Source: Octopus vulgaris (Eukaryota). From it: 64,000 bases of DNA. The notes under the pieces are model-generated. The model made no database searches and had not been told where the DNA came from. It saw nothing but the letters and a program-made list of their open reading frames with translations. Positions 53,446 through 64,000 of this stretch are shown one piece after another. Numbering within the stretch: position 1 is the first letter of the stretch; the number at the start of each line of letters is the position of its first letter. Position numbers and translations under genes: made by a program. The stretch spans positions 35,774,001 to 35,838,000 of the forward strand of contig OX597837.1 of assembly GCA_951406725.2 (NCBI GenBank), given 5' to 3'.

Positions 53446-54809
53446 AACATATTAAAAAAGAACAAACACGTCGTACGCCAGTTAATTGCGAAGAGATTTA
53501 TTGTGTAAGGGGAATTAACTCCAGCACATTTAAACGGAAGTTGCGTCCCTTTGGGTTGTTAGGAAATATTAATTTGAAATATCTTGGGGTGATTAAAACT
53601 TAAGAGAGGAGATATCGAAAGTGTCTTGCTAAGGGATTACTATAGTCCCGGGCTTTGCACCCTTTAACTGTTTCGGTGGGATCATATTGGTCATTCTACC
53701 CTGGGGTGTTTGGGCTCAATTTAACGCTTGGCATAAAAGGAAAGGAAAACACAAGATTCCATTGAAAAATAAAAGTACTTTTTTAAAAAATCAAAAAATC
53801 CTTTTGTAGTCTCAGCACAAGGCCTGAAATTTGGGGGTAGGAGTTAAGTTGATTACATTGACCCCAGTACTCAATTGGTACTTAATCTATTGACCTCAAA
53901 AGGATAAAAGGCAAAGTCAACCCCTGGCAGAATTTGAATTCAGAACGTGAATGAAATACTGCTAAGCATTTCACCCTGTGTGCTAACGATTCTACCAGAA
54001 ATCAAATAACATCCTTTCTACTAAGGTACAAGGCCTGAAATTTTGTGGGGTGGGGACTAGTCAATTATATCAACCCCAGTGTTTCACTGGTACTTAATTT
54101 ATTGACCCCGAAAGAATAAAAGGCAGAGTCAACCTTGGTGGAATTTGAACTCAGAATGTAGTGACAGGCAAAACAACGCTAAATATTTCAACCAGCGTGC
54201 AAACAATTCTGTCAGGTCACCGCAAGATTATAGTTGGGAGTTAGCAACTTACTCAAAGTTTTTGCCCTCGGCTTCCACCATGGCTTCAAGGATGGTTCTG
54301 GAACCTGGGACATGCATTCATCACTATTGTACCTGGGAAGATTTTCAAACCCCTCTTTGATCTTGGCCACCAGATTGGCTTTGATGTTGCAGGTTGATCA
54401 GTTGGGTGTGTGTTTCTTAAATGCACCTCACACAGAGTAATCCATGGGAATACTATTAGAAGAATTAGGGGCCCAGAAGTTGGGGCTGGTGAAGTTGTAG
54501 AAATTCTCTGACAATCACTTCTGACTCTATCTGGAGGTATGGCAAGGCACCAAATCCTGCTGCAGATTTGAACTGTAACTATCACCAGTACTACAACCAT
54601 GTCCCTCGGACCACCACTGCCATCATCATTTACACCACTACTATCATTCCGCCCTCACTTTGCCTTTCATCATTTTGGGGTCAATAAATTAAGTACCAGT
54701 CAATGTAATCAACTAGTCCCCCCCCCCACCAAATTTCTGGATTTGTGCCTTTACTAGAAAGGCCTTTTACAATATTCTTAAAGCCAAGAATTTTTAGACA
54801 CCCCCCTTT

Positions 54810-54851
<42 letters not shown>

Positions 54852-54919
54852 GTGGCATTTTGTCCGTTTCCTGTTGTTACTACTACTACTACTGCCACCA
54901 ACACTTTCATCTCCCACAG

Positions 54920-55250
54920 CAAAAGTTTCAGGATGAGAAAGAGTGGGCAGAGGGACATGTGGTGGTGGTGGAACAGGGTGACACCAAAATATCAAGTTTG
55001 AGATGTTTTGACATGGAAGTGTCAAAAGTCCTTGTGTGAGAAATCCGGTTTCCAGTGATTCTGTGTCTGTTATGAAATCTCAACCTTTCAAACAATGTAC
55101 AATATTTGGCACCAGTCTGTTATTCTTTTACACTTTCTCACGTTCTGTGTACGTGTGTGTGTGAAAATATTAGGCTATCTTTTTTTTCTTACCATAATTA
55201 ATCGCATATAAGATACATTTTTCCCCAATAAAATTTCTCGGAAAATTTAC
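54920..55250 (+). other. Candidate terminal exon / 3' UTR of the PP2A B'' gene
   Basis: Pyrimidine tract plus CACAG acceptor at 54919, non-repetitive sequence, AATAAA at 55227-55232; no homology support. Confidence 0.3.
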
Positions 55251-55392
55251 CCTATGTTTTATATTCAAAGTGGAGTCACTCTTAAGCTAATTTTCTCCAT
55301 AACACTCACTATTATAAGCTAATTTTAATCCAGACGGTCTCTTCTGTCTATCCTAACTCCATAATAATATTTGCTTAAGCATTATTATTATT

Positions 55393-55760
55393 ATCTCTGC
55401 CTTAGCGAAGGCAGAAGTATTGTTTTAATTTCCGTTTGTTTGTTTGTCCATGGACAAGACATCTCAAGAACCACTGGATAGATTCGGATGAAACTTTCAG
55501 AGATGTTTGGCCTCATGACCACCATGAACTGATTAGATTTTGGGATTGATCTGATACCACACTAGGTTTCTGGATTATTTTTCCTGTTTTTTTTTTACTT
55601 AATTTTTGAGATAGTGGTTGGATTCATTTTTAGTATTCTCGTTTGTGAGAGCAGTCGAGTTTATTTGAGATATTCCCATTTTAGAAATCATCTCTGGCTA
55701 ATCGTTGAGAGGACATTGGCGTTGCCTTGGCAGAGGTTTGTGCTCTCTGAGTGCTCATTA
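55393..55760 (+). mobile_element. Helentron-associated (HINE/DINE-like) non-autonomous element
   Basis: Sub-terminal inverted repeats ATCTCTGCC / GGCAGAGGT, internal (GTTT)n, 3' hairpin GTGCTC..GAGTGC. Confidence 0.6.
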
Positions 55761-56260
55761 TTATTACTATTTTGGTGGCAAGCTGGCAGAATTTTTAACA
55801 TGCTGGGCAAAATGCTTCATGGCATTTTGTCCAGCTTCAAGGTTGACTTTGGCAGTGGTTGAACTCAGAGCATGGGGTTGGGAAGTTTGACAGGAGCTGG
55901 CCAGCCAGACAGGCTCCAGTTGTCTGTTTTGGCTTGGTTGCTATGGCTGGATGACGTTCCTAATGCCAACCACTTTACTGAGTGGACTGGGTACTTTTTA
56001 CATGGCCTGGTATGGTTCCTTTATTATGATATCAACTATACCCACCTACACACACATAGTATACATCATCATCATCATCCAATGTCCACTTTTCCATGCT
56101 AGCATGGGTCGGGCAGAATTTTTTGAGGCAAATTTCCTGCAGCTTGATGCTCTTCCTGTCACCAACCTTCACCTGTTTCCAAGCAAAACAAGGTAACATT
56201 TTCTCACGGCCAGACACGTTTTTCATGGAAGACTGGAAACAAACAATCCCACTCTTGTGA

Positions 56261-56469
56261 TACTCTTTTACTTGTTTCAGTCATTTGATTGCGGCCATGC
56301 TGGAGCATCACCTTTAGTCGAGCAAATCGACCCCGGGACTTATTCTTTGTAAGCCCAGTACTTATTCTATTGGTCTCTTTTGCCGAACCGCTAAGTGACG
56401 GGGACATAAACACACCAGCATCGGTTGTCAAGCAATGCTAGAGGGACAAACGCAGACACACAAATATAT

Positions 56470-56536
<67 letters not shown>

Positions 56537-56708
56537 CATATATACGACAGGCTTCTTTCAGTTTCCGTCTACCAAATCCATTCACAAGGCATTGGTCGGC
56601 CCGGGGCTATAGCAGAAGACACTTGCCCAAGATGCCACGCAGTGGGACTGAACCCGGAACTATGTGGTTAGTAAGCAAGCTACTTACCACACAGCCACTC
56701 CTGCGCCT
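56261..56708 (-). mobile_element. SINE-A full copy
   Basis: Matches SINE-A. Confidence 0.88.
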
Positions 56709-57149
56709 GTGATGGTGATGCTTGTTTACAATCATCACATATTGTCAAGATTAAGATACACACACATGTACAGACACATAGCAGGCTTCTTTCGGTTTCC
56801 ATATACCAAATTCACTCGCATGGTTTTGGGTGGCCAGGGCTGTAGCAGAAGACAATTGCCCAAGGTGGTACGCAGTGGGACTGAACCAGAAAACATATGG
56901 TTGGGAAGCGAGTTTCTTAACTACAAAGACACACTTGTCCCTGAGAGTGTATATATATATATATATATAATTCAAATAGAGGTTATATTGGCCTCGTGAA
57001 GGGATGACATCATCCAAGGAAATACTGGGTCAATACCTATGCTTTTGTTGGGAGGTTAATATCCTTAAAATAATTGGTTTATATATAAACCATGGTTTAT
57101 AATCATGCAAGAGGTTAGTAAGAGTTTATTATCAGCATAAAATCGATCA

Positions 57150-57238
57150 TTATTCCTTGCAGCTGTTTCAGTTAAGCTTAGTGAAGTTAAATAACTATTA
57201 AAATCATATTTCTGAGCTTAATCTTTTCAGAGGGAGAA
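57150..57238 (-). ncRNA. Decayed hammerhead-like motif with long stem II (family 5)
   Basis: Minus strand: TTCTCCCT-CTGAAAA-GATTAAGCT...AGCTTAACT-GAAA-CAGCTG-CA-AGGAATAA; two core substitutions. Confidence 0.4.
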
Positions 57239-57298
57239 AGAAATATACCCTTAGGTAGTTTGTCTGTGTTAGTTTTTTTAATCATCACGGCAGACTCG

Positions 57299-57336
<38 letters not shown>

Positions 57337-57460
57337 TCAGCTGAAATTGCGAGGATGATTCGGTTCTTGACTGAAGATTGAAGGCTTCGAATGTCCCGTC
57401 CGTGTTTTTGTATCGTCTTCTAAATGTTTTGCGTTCTTGTCCCAGTTTGTATTTTTTACA

Positions 57461-57492
<32 letters not shown>

Positions 57493-57800
57493 GTGGAGGC
57501 ACAATGGCCCAGTGGTTAGGGCAGCAGACTCGCGGTCAGAAGATCGCGGTTTCGATTCCCAGACCGGGCTTTGTGAGTGTTTATTGAGTGAAAACACCTA
57601 AAGCTCCATGAGGCTCCGGCAAAGGGTATTGGCGACCCCTGTTGTACTCTTTTGCCCCAACTTTCTCTCACTCTCTCTTCCTGTTTCTTGAGTAATGCTG
57701 CGATGGACTGGCGTCCCGTCCAGCTGGGGGGGAACACATACGCCACAGAAACTGGGAAACCGGGCCCATGAGCCTGACTAGGCTTGGAAAGGGCGCATAT
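57493..57800 (+). mobile_element. SINE-C head with a different 3' tail
   Basis: Same head as 37347; diverges after about 190 nt. Confidence 0.8.
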
Positions 57801-58056
57801 ATAATAAATACACACACACATAATGCATTAATTTATGCACCTTCTCTGAAGAAGTGCAGATGGCAAATTCATTTATTTGCATTTTGATACAGAAACTTGT
57901 TTGAGGATAACTACAAAAATACTTTTTATTTTCATTCCCTTTGAAATTGCTCTTATTCGTGGTTTGGTCTGTGACTGCCCTTTCTAGCATGTAAGGTGTC
58001 CTGTCAAAGGTCACCTCTTTCATGTGTAAATATGTAAATTGTTTATACACTATTAC

Positions 58057-58091
<35 letters not shown>

Positions 58092-59204
58092 TATATACAC
58101 ATCTGCCTGCCTAGCCACCTTCCTCACCACATGGCTATCTTCCTTCCCCTCCTCCTCATCATCATCATGTTCTATTGTACATTTTTGGTAACAGTTAAGT
58201 TGGGGTGGGCTTGGGTGGAGGTGCTCTGTAATGATTTGGTTTGTTTCCTGGTGTCTGTTGCACTCAATCTCAACTGTGAACCTACTGACAACCATTGGAC
58301 ACCATGACCCACATACTGTGTGTATATGTGTGAGTGTATATATCATTGTATTCTTTTACTGCTTTCAGTAATTTGACTGTGGCCATGTTGGGGTAACACC
58401 TCGAAGGGTTTTTAGTCGAACAAATAGATGCCCAGGACTCATTAAAACCTAGTACGTATTCTTGGGGATGTAAACATATCAGTACCAATTATCAAGTGGT
58501 GATGCAGGAACAAAGACAAACACGCATAAATAAATAAATATATATATATATATATATATATGATGGGGTTCTTTCAATTTCCATCTACCAAATTCACTCA
58601 CAAGGTTTTGGTTGGCCTGAGGGTGCAGAAGACATTTGTCCAAGGTGCCTCACGGTGGGACTGAACTCATCATCGTTTAATGTCCGCTTTCCATGCTAGC
58701 ATGGGTTGGGCGATTTGACTGAGGTCTGGCGAACCAGATGGCTAAACTAGACTCCAATCTCATGTGGCAGAGTTTCTACAGCTGGATGCCCTTCCTAATG
58801 CCAGCCACTCTGTGAGTGTAGTGGGTGCTTTTACGTGCCACCGGCACGAGGGCCAGTCAGGCAGTACTGGCAAAAATGTGTGTTTGGTATTTAATTTTAT
58901 TGATTTTGCTGGGATTTGAACCTGGAATGTAGGGAGCTGGAACTGATACTGTAGTGTCATTTTGTCTATTACTGTAATGGTTCTGCCAATAGATACAGGG
59001 AAGGACAGATAGATGTAGATAGATAGTGGTGGGTGAGTAGATAGATATCTATATAGAGATAGATAGCTGGCTGAGAGCAGAATAGACATACACGTAAATG
59101 GTTGGCCGGACGGATGGATGGATAAATACAGAGGTAGATAGGATAGGTAGCTAAATGGATAGGTAGGATGACAGAAAAAGAGACAGACAGAATGATAATG
59201 ACAA

Positions 59205-59835
<631 letters not shown>

Positions 59836-60191
59836 ATACAGATAGAGTAGTAATTGAAAAACAATGATTAAAGTGCCAGTTGTATGTAAATAGAGAACCA
59901 CAGAACCAGTAATATCTATCTAAATATATACACACACACACATACATACATGCTCATGCACACACACAACTATCACCATTGCTGCTGCTGCCGCTAATCC
60001 ATAAATCACAATAATAAGCACACTTCACTGGGACTTGTAATTTACTGAAGGGTTTGGCATGGTGAGAGTGGCGTTGGGGTGTAACTTCTCTGTGTGTGTG
60101 TTTTTAGCTATAAATTTGATTTTGCTTTTCATAATTTCGAAATAATTACAATTTCAGAAATCACATTCTTATGTGTTTGTGTATATATGTG

Positions 60192-60227
<36 letters not shown>

Positions 60228-60373
60228 TAGGTGTGTGTGTGGAATTTTTCAAAATCTTTTGAAGTGGTTCAGCATTAGATGAACAGTGTACAAACGTGTT
60301 GCTATCTGTGTTTGTGTGTATATAATATGTATACATGCACATTAATATATATGCATATATATACACATACATA

Positions 60374-60414
<41 letters not shown>

Positions 60415-60838
60415 ATATTTATATATATATATATACACACACACATACATACAAATATATATATATATATATATATATGACAGAGAGAGACATGTGCATT
60501 TATGTGTAAATGTATGTGTATATACAGATGCATACATACATACATGTGTGTGTACATGATACATATATATACACCTGGTTGTCCCACTGTTATTATTATT
60601 ATTAACTCTGTATTTATGTACTGAGTATCATTATTTTCTTTGTATTAAAAATGTGTGTGTATGTGTATATAAATATATACAAATGTGTGTGTATATATAT
60701 ATATATATAATATATGTGTATATAAAAACATGTAAAAACGTATAAATATATATGTATTTTTAAACATGTATAAATGTGTGTATATATATATATAAATATA
60801 TCTATATATAAACATGTATAAATAAATGTGTGTGTGTA

Positions 60839-60897
<59 letters not shown>

Positions 60898-60968
60898 TGA
60901 CATGTTTTTATGTGTGTGTACTTTCAAAATAATTTACTCCACACTAAAAATGCATGTACGTGTGTACA

Positions 60969-61000
<32 letters not shown>

Positions 61001-61746
61001 CAAACGCACAACACACACACACACAGTTTCCCCTACTGTTCCTAATACCTAAAATGTGTGTAATTTATTCTGCCAGTATAGTAATTTATTAGGGCAATAT
61101 TTGCTGTCAGCAACTAAACATAAACCAGCAAAGAATATATCGAAACGAAAACAAAAAAAAAGCAACCGAATAAAAACAAACGAACGGGCGAAAAGCGACC
61201 CATTGCTAAGATAATATAATCCGGTTTAGAATCGATAAAAGATACAGCGATAATTCGATAACGCGTGGGGATAATTAGAGCGGGGGTGGGGAGCCTCGGA
61301 GGTGATATCAAACATGTATAATTTAGTTTAGGCAGGGTGGAAGCGAGGGGTGATGGGTTGTGTCTCTGTTTGGCCCTTAACAGCCAAGGAACGTAAATAG
61401 CCGGAGTGTGAAATAACCTCGTTTGTCACCCACCGAAATAGCTGAACTGGTTGGTGATGAGGGGGCCGAGCCTCTTCCAGCTGTTGTTGATCAACTTGCT
61501 AGAAATAGCAGCTGAATCTCTCTCGTATTACTGTTAAACTTTGTAGAAATAGCAGCTAAATATCTCATCACTGTTCAACTTTCTAGAAATAGCAGCTAAA
61601 TCTCTCTCATATTACTGTTAAACTTTGTAGAAATAACAGCTAAATATCCCTCCTACCACTGTTCATCTCGGTAGAAATAGCAGCTAAATTGCACTCATAT
61701 TACTGTTCAACTTCGTAGAAATAGCAGCTAAATCTCTCTCATATCT

Positions 61747-61953
61747 ACTCTTTACTTTTTTACTCTTTTACTTGTTTCAGTCATTTGACTGCGGCCATGC
61801 TGGAGCACCGCCTTTAGTCGAGCAAATCAATCCCAGGACTTATTCTTTGTAAGCCTAGTACTTATTCTATCGGTCTCTTTTGCCGAACCGCTAAGTTACG
61901 GGGGACGTAAACACACCAGCATCGGTTGTCAAGCGATGTTGTCGGGGGGGACA

Positions 61954-61984
<31 letters not shown>

Positions 61985-62179
61985 CATACATACACACAAA
62001 CACACACATATATACGACGGGGTTCTTTCAGTTTCCGTCTACCAAATCCACTCACAAAGCTTTGGTCAGCCCAAGGCTATAGTAGAAGACACTTGCCCAA
62101 GGTGCAATGCAGTGGGACTGAACCAGGAACCATGTGGTTGGTAAGCAAGCTACTTACCACACACCTACTCCTACGCCTA
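61747..62179 (-). mobile_element. SINE-A full copy
   Basis: Matches SINE-A. Confidence 0.88.
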
Positions 62180-62794
62180 TCATTGTTAAACTTTGTAGAA
62201 ATAGCAGTTAAATTTCTCATCACTGTTCAACTTTCTAGAAATAGTAGCTAAATCTCTCTCAAATCACTTTTCCACTCTGTAGAAATAGCAGCCAAATCTC
62301 CCTCATATTGCTGTAGTACTTTAAAAGAATAGAAGGTTGTAGGTACCTAAATGATAGCAGTGCGAAATAATCCCTTTTATCACCCGCCAAAACAGCTGAA
62401 ATGTGATGAGGGCTTTTCTCCCTTGCTGTGTTGTTCAACTTGTTAGAAATAGCAGCTAAATGTCTGTCACTTCACTGTAATGTTTTAAAAGAATGGACGG
62501 CTGTAGGTACAGAAATAGTGATGTGAAATAACCTCATTTGTCACCCACCAAAATAAGTGAATTGTGATGCAAAATACAGCCTCTTCCCTCTGTGTTTGTT
62601 ATTCAGCTTATTAGAAATGATAGCTAATTCTTCCTCAAATCCAACTGCAGTGTTTTTAAGGCTAACTATATCGGTTCACAAATAATAGCTGTGGGACATA
62701 GCTTTGTCACCCATTGAAATAATGGAGCACTGATGTTAAAAAGGGGGGTCAAATTGTTAGAAATAACAGTTAAATGTCCCTTGAATGTCCCTCT

Positions 62795-63178
62795 CTCTTT
62801 ACTCTCTTTTCTCTTTTACTCTTTTACTTGTTTCAGTCATTTGACTGCGGCCATGCTGGAGCACCACCTTTAGTACTTATTCTATCGGTCTCTTTTTGCC
62901 GAACCGCTAAGTGACGGGGACGTAAACACACCAGCATCGGTTGTCAAGCAATGCTAGGGGGACAAACACAGACACACAAACACACGCACATATACATATA
63001 TATATATATACATATATACGACAGGCTTCTTTCAGTTTCCGTCTACCAAATCCACTCACAAGGCATTGGTCGGCCCGGGGCTATAGCAGAAGATACTTGC
63101 CCAAGATGCCACGCAGTGGGACTGAACCCGGATCCATGTGGTTGGTTAGCAAGCTACTTACCACACAGCCACTCCTGC
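62795..63178 (-). mobile_element. SINE-A copy with internal deletion
   Basis: Matches SINE-A. Confidence 0.85.
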
Positions 63179-64000
63179 AGTGTTTTCAAAAAGGAATGAG
63201 AGGTTACATGCCTGAATACCCATGTATTCATAAATTACAGTAGCACAAAATAAACTCCTTAGTGACCCGCCGAAATAACTGAGATGAAATGGAGCAAAGA
63301 GAGGTCATAGAGGGAGGGTTCAATTTGCTAAAAATAGCAGCTAAATGTCCCTTGAATCACACTAGGGTTTTAGAAAGAAAGAGGGAAGGCTGCATGGCTG
63401 AATAACCACATGGAAACATAAATTGCTGTGGTATGAATAACATGTGTGTTTGGTATTTAATTTTACTGATTTTGCTAGGATTTGAACCTGGAATGTAGGG
63501 AGCTGGAACTGATACTGTAGTGTCATTTTGTCTATTACTATAATGGTTCTGCCAATAGATACAGAGAAGGACAGATAGATATAGATAGATAGAGTGGTGG
63601 GTGAGTAGATAGATATCTATATAGAGATAGATAACTGGCTGAGAGCAGGATAGACATACACATAAATGGTTGGCCAGGCGGATGGATGGATGAATATAGA
63701 GGTAGATAGATAGATAGGTAGATAAATGGATAAGTAGGACGACAGAAAAAGAGACAGACAGAATGATAGTGACAGATATAGATAGATAGAATGATAGACA
63801 TATAGATAGATAAATAGGTAGATAGAATGATAGACATATAGATAGATAGATAGACAGAATGATAGTTATAGATGGATAGATAGATATATAGAATGATAGA
63901 CATATAGATAGATAGATAGACATATAGATAGATAGAATGATAGACATATAGATAGATAGGTAGATAGAATGATAGACATATAGATAGATAAGTTTCTTTA

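Larger units (their letters stand above)
61400..63360 (+). repeat. Array of AGAAATAGCAGCTAAAT-containing units (~40-bp and ~160-180-bp periods) interrupted by two SINE-A copies
   Basis: About 13 copies of the motif; longer units contain GTCACCC(A/G)CC(G/A)AAATA. Confidence 0.75.

Noticed and set aside
57335-57445. (TA)n-flanked element with CTGAAGA (related copy at 42595-42695, minus strand) as a hammerhead
   Set aside because: No GAAA, helix III or stem I in the correct register; it may be the same class of element but the fold is unsupported.
61490-61740. CRISPR-like repeat-spacer appearance (also 22421-23140 and 30390-31042)
   Set aside because: Spacers are homologous to one another, the context is eukaryotic and there are no cas genes.

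Overview
AT-rich eukaryotic genomic DNA, dense in microsatellites and transposons. The SINE/LINE repertoire suggests an octopus or other coleoid cephalopod (inference). There is one protein-coding gene: ten + strand coding exons (9465-50653, all introns GT-AG, phases consistent) encoding about 350 aa of the EF-hand core and C-terminal part of a PP2A regulatory subunit B'' (PPP2R3A/B, PR72/PR70 family). Its 5' exons were not found in the window and its last exon is uncertain. The introns and flanks hold three tRNA-derived SINE families, 3' ends of CR1, RTE and R4/Dong-like LINEs, Tc1 and mariner transposase relics, piggyBac-, hAT-, Merlin- and pogo-like MITEs, two Helitrons, a Helentron-type element, a probable solo LTR and many simple repeats. 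Nearly all long ORFs in the supplied track are microsatellite artefacts. The most notable unannotated signal is a set of short elements, mostly beside (TA)n tracts, carrying minimal type-I hammerhead-ribozyme-like folds with palindromic helix III, as in Penelope-like elements. At least five sequence families are present. They include three copies with covarying stem I, a back-to-back pair inside a 166-bp palindrome, and one motif with the C3-G8 core pair swapped to G3-C8. All folds were derived by eye and no activity has been shown.
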